DNA from: Amoebophrya sp. A120
Lineage: Eukaryota; Protista; Dinoflagellata
Direction of reading: 5' to 3'
DNA length: 64,000 nt
Assembly (NCBI GenBank): GCA_905178155.1
Contig: CAJINV010000001.1
Coordinates: forward strand, 4,878,747 to 4,942,746
In this document: positions 44,106 through 55,236 of the stretch, piece after piece
Position numbering within the stretch: the first letter of the stretch is position 1
Layout of the letters: the number at the start of each line of letters is the position of its first letter
Program-made: the position numbers and the translations under genes
Notes under the pieces: model-generated
The model's database searches: none
What the model was told of the DNA's origin: nothing
The model's input: only the letters and a program-made list of their open reading frames with translations

Positions 44106-47100
44106 TCATGGGAATTCCGCCGTCTCCTCGTGGAACAGATGTAGGAAATCCACAATAGATTTCAAATTTTGAACCAACAGGTTAACCCGCCGCTCTTTCA
44201 GCGGTCCCTTCGGCCAGTAGAAGTCCAGCAGTGCCAGGGCGTAGAGGTCGCCCAGGACCTTGACGTGTTCGTAAAACTTGACGCGGGCACGCAGCATCAT
44301 ATCTCCCACAAGGTCCAACTCTTGCACGGAGAGGTGTGGAGAAAGCACAATGGGTGGGGAGGCGCCAACTTCAACCGTTTTCGCGGTTGTAGCCTTATTC
44401 TTCTTGTTTCTATCTTTACACGTGCAGCCACAGTAGGCTGGCTTTTTCGCGGAAGGCAGGCTGCTCGACCGCTGTGCGGGCTTAGCGTTGAACACCGTGC
44501 AGGTTGACGCTGGTGCGGTTGAAGAGGATGCTGTTGGTGCACTACTACTTCCAAGCTGGGCTTGTTCGCTGTAGGTCTGCTTCCGGTGGACCAGCTTTCT
44601 TGCCGCTGCACTGCTGTTGGTTGTTTCCGCAGAAGATCTGTCACCGCCTACGCCCTGTGCTGGTGACGACGCATTTGCAAGACAGTTTTTCGCCGCGCAT
44701 GTTGAAAGTGAGACACCGGCAGAGTTTGAACAATTATCTCGCCCACTCGCTGCGACGTTATTGATTTCTGCTTCTGCGTGATTGCTCTTCTCAGCTGTGT
44801 GAAGAAACAAAAACCGGAGAAGCTGCTGCCGCTGCACCGTACGGCGAAAGAGCTCCCGCTTCGCGGTTTGGCAGTGCATCCGCTGCCATTCGCGACAGTG
44901 CTGGTGGTATGCCGCGCCGTTCGGCTCGCTGGAGGCCGTCAGCATGGTGGTATCAAAAACGCGCGGGTAGACTTTTGGTGTGCGCTGCGTGACCTCAAAC
45001 GAGCCGTCTTCAATCTGAAATCGACGATGGAGATCTCCGTCTTGATCATGCGAGCCACCACCTGGACGAGAGGAACTGCTTCTCCTTGTGCTGTCTAGTG
45101 CTGTTGGGGTCGGCTGCTCGACCTCTCGCGCATGGGTGTTGAAAACGTTCCCGACGCATTTTTCCTGGCTGTTGTCGTTGTAGCGCTGTAGAAAATTTAT
45201 GTGTTCCAGGGCGGTCAGGTGCCGGGCAGTCAACACTCGCATGTCGCCGTCGAGAAACTCACACGTCAGCCCCGCAGCGCCCGGGCTGCTTCCCAACTGG
45301 TCCTGTATTTTTTTACAAATTTTCGCGCTCGAACATTGTTGTTTTACAGTACTGCACTAGTTTTGAATTAGTATGCCTGCGATAATCTTCGTTAGCACAT
45401 TCTTTGGCTCAGTAAGCATGTAGTCACAATATTGAATTTCGCAAGAAGTGGTCCAGTAGCGTACTATGCGTAGTTGTACCAGCCACGCCTTTCCTCCCCT
45501 CGATTCTGGACAATTGCAGCCAATGACGCTGAAAGGCAACGGCGGAAGGTCAACGGTCACCCAGGCGGGATTCGTATTCGTGTCGTGCTTCCGCACGTTG
45601 CCTATTCGGTGTCGATATGAAATGTAAAAATGTCTGGGTCTGGAAGAATTCGCGATTTGTGATGCAGCTTTTCCATGACCCATGAGGTCTGGAATGCAGG
45701 ACCGAGCATGACAGATTCTGTGCGATCTCTCTCATGCCTATCCTGCATGAGAAACACCCTCCCGACTTGGTCAAAACTGGACGACTTTTGGTAATCATGC
45801 AACACAGCTTTATGCATGCTTCAGATTTAGCATGACAAGTTGCATTCTTCCAGACCCAGACATTTTTACATTTGATAGTCGAATCTCGTCTCGCCACCTC
45901 GGAATGGAGAGCACGATCTCGCCCAGGCCCTGCTGAATTTATATTGGTTTGGAACATAGAAGTATTAGCCTAAGTGTACGTAGTACTTCAAGTTCAGTTC
46001 GTATAGGCCGCTTACAAGAAACTCTGTATCAATATAGGTTTTCCGTTTTCTTTCACCTCCATCGACAACGTGCCGTGCTTTGCACAGTCGATAAATGATA
46101 TCTCTTACCCGGTCCAGCACCGGAGGCGAGGCGAGTAGCACTTCTTCCGATGGCGGCCGCCAGCGTCGCATCAAAGCGGCACTCTGCGACGCGAAGGGGT
46201 TCGAGGGTTGGAAGCTCATCCGACTCGCGGCGCCGCAAACCGCGGTGTTGAGTACGTTGGGCAGGTCGGGGCGCTGTGCGGCGTCCGGACTGAGGACGCG
46301 GTAGCTTTGCAGCAGCTCCACGCCGTTGGCGTACTTGTTGATCCACATGGGCTGGAACAAAGCAGAAACACTCTGCGGATTCTTCGTCTCCGTCAACGCG
46401 CGGATGCCGATTTTGAGGAAATCCGGCTCGTCGCCGGGGACCAGGGGTGGCCCGCCCGTGACCGCAGAGACTCGGTTCCGCTGCTCCGCATGAAGACGGC
46501 GCTTGTCGATCTGCACTGCGAGGGCTGATTGTTTTTTAGTACCCGAGTTGTGGTCCCCGACAAAGGCGGACGTCGCACTGGTGCCATCGTATTTTAATGT
46601 TGTCCTCGTGCTGCTAGTTCCAACACCAGGAGATGAAGCTCCTGCTCCGTGGTCATCTACAGGTTTCTCTTCTTGGCCCGCACGATAAACCGATGCAGGC
46701 GCTTTCTTCTTTGTTTTCCTTTTCTGTTCCTCCTTACCCTTGTTCTGAGGTGAAGAAGAAGGACCAGAGGGACTCGATGAAATTCGTAGGTTTTCCATCA
46801 TCTTCACCAACTCCTGCTCTTTTACCTGGTTTTCAAAGTCGATGTTTTGGTGCCCGCGCAACAGCGGAAAGATCGGCTTCTGCCGTGAGGCGTTCGTCGG
46901 ACCTCGTTCTGGTGGACCAGCTGGTTTGTCTTTTTTCATTGCACAATTGCCGTGTTGGTGATCCTGATCTGCCCCCGGCGCACGAAGATTGTGATCTACT
47001 TTATCAAACCGGGACCGGCACTGGGTTGTCCAATACTTTTGCCGCCAGGGATCGTTTTCGTCTGCCGTTTCGGGGTGCCAGGAATGACTCTTCCGATCTG

Positions 47101-47918
47101 CCGCGTGCGCCCGCATCTTTTCCACGTAGCTGAACCCGCTTTCTGCTTTCAGGAACCCGGTCTTCGTGTGATAAAACGGATTATCATCGCTGAAGACCGC
47201 GCGCCCGAACAACTTCTTCGCAATATTACAATGAAAAATGCCCCCACCCCCGAACTTGGGAGCATTTGCATTGCAAACCTTTCCAAGTGAAACATTCGCC
47301 CGCTTGCATCTATCAGCATCACAGATTTCCGATCGTGAATAGCAAACATTTGTGTTGCAAAAGATCCCAGCAAGAGCGGCACTTGTCATGCAAGCGTTGC
47401 GAAACACACCGAGACTCTGCATCAGAAAGGTTCGCACTCCTTTCATACATGACAAAAAGTTTTCATTTGGAAACTTTGCATCACAAATTTTTGCAACTTT
47501 GGGGGTGGGGGTATTTTTCCTCGCGATACGCAATGCGGTCGACCAGCGGGGGGAGCAGTTCGGTGAGCCACACGAACACGCCCTCCTTCACCGACCCCGG
47601 GGTCAAACCGACCCAGAGGTCGCGTTCCGCCAGCGACACAAAGCCGTGGCCCAGCCACAGCTGAAACGCGTCCTTTCCGGAGGCAGCAGTGGTCTTGTCC
47701 GTCCACAGTTCCCGGGTGTAGTGGTCCGTGAGGGCGCTTTCCGTGATGGCGGTCAGCGGTCTGCTTGTTCCACTGCTCGTCCTCTGCATCGAATCTACTT
47801 GTTCCCGTCTCTCCATCGGCATTGGCAAGGCCGGACGGGGGTTGTAATTGCCGTCTTCTGCAGCGGCCGCTTGGGGTGCAAGCCCAATTCGCATGCTGAT
47901 GTTCAAAAATGTTCCCAT
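44106..47918 (-). CDS. Hypothetical protein with 2 introners and 2 GT-AG introns (45303-45479, 45933-45979); may be the 3' part of the 48087-51923 gene
   Basis: In-frame joins VDRIA|KKLFG, LKYY|QGLGE, DEIR|HRIGN and KAWL|DQLGS. No domain recognised; start uncertain. Confidence 0.65.
45616..45877. mobile_element. Introner, family A, young copy (262 bp)
   Basis: Perfect DR GTCGA; about 11 substitutions against 26779-27040 by manual count. Confidence 0.96.
47224..47528. mobile_element. Introner, family B
   Basis: Perfect DR CGCAA; homologous to 5203 and 22906. Confidence 0.95.
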
Positions 47919-47928
47919 TTGTATATGA

Positions 47929-48086
47929 TACCAAGGGAAAAACAAAAAGTACACGAAAACTACAGACAGTCGTCTTTTTAGCACACATAGCATAGGCTCA
48001 CTTATATTTGCATAGAAAATGATGTCAATAAAGACAAAGCCAACCTGAACAAACTACAGAAGCAAAACCAAGTTTTCCCTGATGTA
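47929..48086. mobile_element. Probable degenerate introner, boundaries uncertain
   Basis: TACCAAGGGAAAAAC against GTTTTCCCTGATGTA, with AT-rich filler ending a 1.3-kaa ORF; DR not clear. Confidence 0.45.
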
Positions 48087-51000
48087 GTAGTACGCGAGGA
48101 ATGGCTCCAGTATCTCTTGTACACCCCGTTGCTGCCCCCGCCCGCCTCCGCCAGTACCACCTGCCGCTTGATGCGCGATGCCTTGGTCTTCGAGGAAGTC
48201 AAATTCGTGTTGCACCACTTCCTGAAAATTGAAGTAATCGAGCAAGTCGTCGGCGTCGGTAGCAGTATGCAGATCCTCCACGTCGACGGTGGCATCTTCC
48301 GACCGCGGCGTGGCTGGATAGGTGCGGACGGTGCGCAACTCGAAAGAGCCGGACGACTTCATCGCGGCAAGTTCGAAATGCACAAAATGGCGTTGCTCCG
48401 GCGGGTGGACGTTGGGTGTGTCGATGTCTGACAAGTGGTACATTTTTCGGATCACATCCCTATATTGCTTCTCCAGTTTGCGACCCAAAATCTGATGATA
48501 CAGCCTCAGCCGGCTAGCTTTGGCCTTTCTAAGTCGGTCTTTCTTGGCACGGGTTTCGCTTGTTTTCCTGTCTACTTCGGGCAATGTCGACGGTCCCACA
48601 GCTGCTCCCGAGGACTCAGCACCCTCGTCGGTTCGGTTTCTTGTTCGGCGCGGCCGCATAGTTGTGTAGTGCATTCGGCTTTTTCTGCCACTGCTTGCTC
48701 GATCATGGTGGCTTTGGCTACAACTTGGCGATGGATAGAGGCCCTGGTTCTCTTCGATATCTTCGTCATCACTTGATGTTGTACCAATCGCAAAATCGCC
48801 ATTGTCATAACTGATTGGTGGCTCTTCCACTTCAAAATCGTCTCTGTCAAAAAAATCTTTATCCCGGAGATGATGGCCATAATCGACGTACGTTGATGAA
48901 GCAGCATGGAGATCAGCATTGCCCTCTCGAGGACCAGATTGACGTCGACCACTGCTTTGCGAACCGCCGGGATTTCTCGTCTCGTAGAAGTCACCACCTG
49001 CTGCATACTCGTCTCTACTGGTGAGATAAATCCGTCTTCCGGGCGACTGTGCTGTTTTCGTCAACACGATTTGCTCGAAGGGCTCTAGTGGAATCACCGC
49101 GGTCTCTTGATCTGCCGCGAGTATCCGCGGCTTCCAGCTCAAGACCCGCGTGCGTTGGTCCATAGTGCGCTCATACCAGTGCTCGCGCACATACTCCTTG
49201 ATCACACCAAGGCTCTTGGCCGGAATGATATTCGGCAAAAGCTTTACACGGGGCTCGAGGTCTTGATGCTCGTCTCTACTAGTGGTCGCTTTCGTGCTGC
49301 TATCGGGGAATCTATCTTTAGCTTGCTTCACTTCATCTCTCGCTTTAGACTTGATTTCGGCCTGTCTCTTTTGCGCATCGGAACCCATTTTCAAGAGCCG
49401 GTCCTGCGTTGAGCTTTGGCTTCGATCATCAGGAGGAGCAGCGCGGACTAGATATTTCCAATCAACATCGTTGGCGTCAAATACTTGACTACCGATGGCA
49501 CAACCCTTTTCCTGTTCGGCTGCTCGACCTGCCGCTCCTTCCAGTTTTTGTAAGGAGCCGGATGCAGATGCGTGTAGACACAACTGCTCAACTTCCTCCG
49601 CCCACTTCCCGGTGTCCGTTTTATTTACGATGTTGTTGCCGTACCCGGGTAAAGTTCGTGGCGCTCGGCTTTTTGCTTGTCTCCGGATTCGTATGCTGGC
49701 GCCCGTCCCAATCGGTACGTAGCGCCTCCGCCACCGGTTTTGCTGTTGCAGTTGCACAACGCGCGCGGTGACGCCGGGCACTTGCTCCGGAAGGACGAAG
49801 GTCTCCGTGCGGGTCGCTTCTCCCCCTGTGTCCAGGGGAACGGCAGGAGGGTCATGCCCTCTCGATGTTTGATGGTGCGGAGGACTACTTATTTGTGGAT
49901 ACGGGGAAAGGTCTTCGCTGTCGCTGTGTCGAGAAGGCGGGAAGTAGGCAGGTGCTGAAAGAGCTTGACCCGCTCCAGGTACAAAAATGGATGCCTGATT
50001 TATTCCCTGATTTCCATCCGCGTCGACGTCCATGGAGGTTTGTGTCGACGTGTCGACCGTTAGTGGAGGACCGGGGCGATTGTTCGGGTGCGCCGACGAA
50101 GAGGCCGTAGAAATCGCATTCCCAGCCGGTTGTACGTGTGCTGCGTTCATCCCTTCATGAGTTTGAAACGCCAGATCTTGCGGCTCACTCTCCCCGGAGG
50201 TTCCATGATGTGCGGATGCTGATGAAAGGGTCCCGGGTCTGCTGCCCGTTGTCCCTGCTCCCGTGGGCGATTTTGTTTTTGATCGCGCAGTTCCCGGGCG
50301 CACGTCATCTCGTCGTTCCTCGGGCGCCTTAAAATTCTGCTCTCCGAGCGTTGTACTAGTACTGCTTCTTTTCGCTGTCTTGCTGTAGTGGTATTCGGGC
50401 GCTAAGTGTTCAAAGACTTGTGCCAGCACGGCCCCCCGGTCCATGTTTGACAGGAGATCAGGATTTTGGTGCGGAAAGTACAGCTCGACTAGATGCGCGA
50501 CTTTGAACAAGTTTCTTTCCAACTGCCGGAACAGCGCGCCACCCTCCGGGTCGTCAAAGTCCAAGAAACGCCGCCACTGCTGCACTTTCGTCTTTACGAC
50601 GTCCGGGTTGACGCTCTTGCCCGCCGCGGTGAGCCGACTGAACTCGGGTGTGGAAAGGTAGGGCGACAGAAGTCGCACTGCTTCTGCAGAGAGCAACGTG
50701 CTGGTGGTCGCTGTTGCGGTCGCTGTTGTAGGTGGAGACGAAGCTGCAGGAGGTGCTTGTTGCAGCTGTGTGCGCGGCACGTCGCTTACGTCCGGCGACA
50801 CCTCCACCATGGAGGTTGCTGCTCCTTGCGGCGAGTTTTGTCTACTGAAGGCCGGGCGGCGCGGCGCGAGGGGCGGCCCTTCGTTTTCATCTTGCTCAGT
50901 CTGTGCAACGAAGTGAGACGCTGATCCTTCTTCCTCGTCATCACCGCTGATACGTTGGCGCTGAGGATCCTGATCCACCTGTCCCGGTCCACCTCTTGAA

Positions 51001-51923
51001 CTTGATGCGCCATGCTGTTTCAGAGTCTCCGTCGATTCTGCTGGTGCTGTGTGCCGAAGCGCTCCTGGTTGTGAGACGAGCCCGTGTTCCACTGAAGCCA
51101 AACCTCTGGCCCTGCGAATGGGGCTGCTCTGCGGACCAACATCCGTCGTGGTTGTTCCTGAGGCAGTGGAACCTCTGGTCGTCGGGTCCGCGGCCTTAAT
51201 ATCGCCCGACGGCTTTCTCCGTGCATGGTTATTTCCTCGCTTGAACTCTTTTTTTCCTCGCACCGGAACGGTTTTGGCTCGGGCTTTCTCGCCCGTTGAT
51301 CTAGAAGAATTAGGGTGTACAACTACATCAAGCGCGGCAGGGCCTTTTGCTGCAACGGAGGGCGGCGACGCGGAGCGAGTAAAAAACCTTCCCGCTCGCG
51401 GAAGCGGAAAGGAAGCCCGGCCACGCCCGTGCGCCGCCGGTTGAGTTGTAGTTGCTGACGAGGCTAATGCTAAAGCAGGCGGCAAGCGGGAATGCGGGAA
51501 AATTTCTCCTTGGGAGATTCCTGCGTTTGTTGGCTCTGAAGGTGCCTGCGGAGCTCCTTCTCTCCTGTCGGATTGTATATTTCTATTTGCTCCTCCGGCT
51601 TGATCTGCGGTTCTTCGCGACTCCTCTGCGGATCGAGCGGACGTTTCTGTGTCCGATGTTGATGTTGCAGCCGCAGCGTCGGTCGATGGGAGTACTTGAA
51701 ATTCGACAGCTGATGGCCTGGTGGTAGCAATGAGGTGTTCGCGTTGCCTTCCCCTTGTGGTTGCTGAGTTTTGCTCGGCACCAGGTGCCTGGCGCGGAGT
51801 GGAAGATATACTTCGGCCCAACACTGCACCATCGTAGCCCGTGCGAAAGAAAAGGGATGCTGCTACAACGAGACTACGAGCGACGGGCGAGGGGAGCGCG
51901 GAATGCTTACGATGGAGAGTCAT
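48087..51923 (-). CDS. Large low-complexity hypothetical protein (main exon), possible N-terminal signal segment
   Basis: 3.9-kb open frame; first ATG at 51923; hydrophobic SLVVAASLFF near the N-terminus; 3' end interrupted at ~48086. Confidence 0.7.
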
Positions 51924-52535
51924 CCTACTGATATCGATCGTGCTGGAAAAATGGGGCGCTGGCCTAAAAGTCGACAAAATTCAGAATGTGACTAAGAAAC
52001 ACGGACAATAAGCGAGGGCTTTTGGAGGGGTTGTGGTACTCTTTTCTAGTCAAATTATCCAGGACATAAAAAGCTCATCTCTATACATTGCTTTGCGTTT
52101 TTTAATATCTTTTATGTTTCGATCTTATGTTTTAGTTTCTGGAGGCTTGATGCTGCGGGGTAGATATCATCTAGATTACGATATAGATATACCCTTTTCA
52201 GACAGTCTTTCTGTTTTCTTTCCGCGTCTTTTGTTGCCGGCTATGTCTTGGCGCTCTGCAGAAACAAAGTAAACGTAAAGACTTTGATATTGATACTCAA
52301 AAAAGCAAATAGTTGCAGGTGCGGAAATAGAAAAAAACCAGAGAGAGGCAGAGATGCACAACCAAAATACTTACCTACTCGTAGAAGAAGCCAAGATCGA
52401 TGGGAGCCGCGCTCTGCTTTCCTGCTTCGGAGCAACTTGATCCTCGGCGGGAAAAAAATACAGCGCAGACCTCCTGGTTTGGATCAGATCGTCCATATCC
52501 GAAGGCAGGGGAAATTAAGGAGCGCGATCCAATCG

Positions 52536-52598
52536 GAACAGCAAAAAAGAGATCACAGGTGTGCGAACAACAAAAAAGAGATCACAGGCGTGCGAACA
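52536..52598. repeat. 29-bp tandem duplication
   Basis: GAACA.CAAAAAAGAGATCACAGG.GTGC twice, followed by GAACA. Confidence 0.85.
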
Positions 52599-55236
52599 CA
52601 CAGGGGCGCGGATCTATGACCACGAAAAAATGGCGACGAGGGCGATTCGATATACACGCAAGAGAACTCTGCGCAAGATGCGACCCCTCGATGTCACACG
52701 GACTCTTCCTGGGTCTAGTTTAGTGAGGTGGGGTCTATTTTCATTTCACTAGACAGACAACGCCCCGGAGCACACCCCGAGGCAGACACTGTCGCGACGG
52801 CCGTATTGATTTCGATGCGTGCTACCTACATGAACATGATCTGCGGCGGCAGTCTGTAAGTGGCCTTGCGCCCAGCGGATAGCCTCATAGCATGGCACGC
52901 CCCATCAACTGATACTTACGCGGGGCCGGGCCGGCGAGGTCAATTTGTCAGTGCGCCCCGGCGGGCGCGATATACAATTCGGAAAACACGCGGCGCGCCA
53001 ACGGGAAAGAAGCCGGCGGCGCGCGGCTGCGTGATTGATTGCGTGGCTGGGGGATGCCGAGGCGGCACCCACCGGGCCGGCGCCTCGGTTTACTTTTCGG
53101 CCGGGGGGGCACAGCGAGGCAGCCGGGGGCCGGGGCCCGGGCCCTTTTGAGCGAATTCCCGCCCCGGGCCGGGGCGCGACGGCGGGCAAACATGGGGGCC
53201 CGGTCCGCTGAATTCGCCCGGGCACTCCGGGGCGCATCACGCACGACAGTCAGGGGCGGGGCGGACGGCGCAAGGCGGCGATACTTCGTTCGCGGGCGAA
53301 TGAAAAGTCGAAGCGCCTGCGCCCGCCGCCTAGCAAGCGCGGCGGAACGGAGTCCGCCCGCAGACTCGCGGCAGGACGCACCCCGCGGGCCCGCAGCGCA
53401 AAGCACAAAGCGCGAAAAACAAAGCGCAAAACGCAACTCGCGCCCGCCTCCACCAATGCGGCCCCCTTGCCAGCGCCCGAAGCCCATAGCCCGGGCGGGA
53501 AGCAAAATGCTTCCCAAGTCTGGCAGGCGCTTCCCGACAAGCCGCGCCGCCTGTGTAAAACTCCACTCGCTGGGTATTCTGCCCGGTGATCGCCACAAGC
53601 CTGACGCGTAGGCCCGCCCTCGCGTTTCCCTTTCCGGCACGACGCTCCCGCCCTAGTCGCCCCAGCCAACAAAAGCGCGCCCAGGCGGGGGCTTCGCGCG
53701 TTCAATTCAATAGCGTGGAGCCGGAGCAGCCAGCGGCGGCATTCCCTGCGGCCGGCGTTATGCGGTGAAGGCCCGCCCGCCGGCCTTGCTAAGCGCAGGC
53801 GAAATATGCGGCGCGCACGACGTAGGCCACCCCATGCCCGAAGAATATGGCGCACGAGCAGGGCCAACCTCTTCGCCGTTCTTCCCTGAGTTGGGTGGAT
53901 TGCTTCCGCAAAGGCCACGCTGTGCGGATATTGGGCCGCCACGCCGTCGTAGCCAACCACATCAACCACGCGCGGAATTCGCGCTGCACAAACTAACCAC
54001 GCGCCCGCGCGCGAAGCAGGCGAATCGTTCGGCCCACCCCAACTGAATAAATATGGATGAGCTCCGCCGGGCGAATATTAGACGGAGCCGATGCGTTTCC
54101 CATGCCGCCTCCGGATAAATAATTCGCTTCCGCCTGGTTGGCCGGGTGAGTAATTCGCTTCAGCCTGTTCGTTGGCAACATAGACATAGGCTGAAGGCAG
54201 TGGCGGACCCCGACAGATTTCGGACGCAACCGGGCCACCTCGCCGGGCGTGTGCTTGCCCAATGCTTGCGCCAAAATTCTGCGGCAGCTTCACACTGCAG
54301 CCGCCAGAAAATCGAAGGATGGACGTCGGGCATTTGCTGGCCCCCGCCTGCCGCCGCTCGAGGCGGGCCGGTTAAGCTCGCACCACCAAGACAAAAAGCG
54401 TCGGCCCAAAACGTCGCCAGCCGGCTTGGCTCCGCCGCGGCGAGGCACGCTTCGCCACGCCCTAAGCCCCCAGAGAGATTCATTCTGGGGGCGCTGCGGC
54501 GGACTCCCGGCCCCCGGGGGGGGGGGGCGCCCTGCGGTGGCGCCCCCTTGGCGTGCTGAGTGTCAGCTACCTGCGGCGCAGTCGTTTCGGGGCCAATGCC
54601 CCAACCGCATCGCACAAAGCCGCGGCGCAACCCCAAACGCGGGGGCGTAGCAAATCCATGCGAAAACCACCGCTGCAGGTCTGGCTTTCGGGCTGGAAAC
54701 CGTCGGGCCACAGGCCTAAAGCGGCACGGGGCACAAAGGCAAAGCCAGCGCGGGCGTCGCGCCGGGCGCCCGCGGCCCTCTTTCCTTCTCCAGAAGCGCG
54801 CCCGTTTTGGTTTTTCAGGTCGACGCATTCGATGTCAGCGCAACCGACCGAAAAAAAAAAGTACTGCCTCTAAGCCAGCACCAGGGTAGGACCCGGCGGC
54901 GTCGATCGAGATCGAACATCGGAAGAGGCGATCAATGTTGATCACCCGAACACGAACACCGGAGCAGGAGAAAATGGGCTCACTCGGGAGTAAGTGACTG
55001 CGCAACAGCAACAGTGCCAGTTCATCTGCCGCTCTACTTGCGTTTTACTTTCAGCGTAATTCACTAGCTTGAGATTGGTATTTCCAGGTCCAGCCGCGGC
55101 TTTGAAGTATTTTTCCCTTCATCATGGGTCGTTCTTGAGTGACTGTATTCTTAATTTCTCCACGTGAACATGAGTACCGTTTGGTGACCACCTCACTACT
55201 TATATACTATGGCTATCCTCTCGCTCTCGAGTAGGC

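Noticed and set aside
45403-45412. TTTGGCTCA spliced-leader-like fragment
   Set aside because: A 9-nt match inside an intron, expected by chance.
4083-47664. Recurring peptides in the ORF track (CKNVWVW, MKNAPTPELGSIC, FLMQDRH)
   Set aside because: These are translations of non-coding introner copies, not a protein family.
52948-54828. Possible rDNA spacer or DIRS RNase H motifs in the GC island
   Set aside because: No rRNA signature nearby, and the candidate motifs are weak and wrongly spaced.
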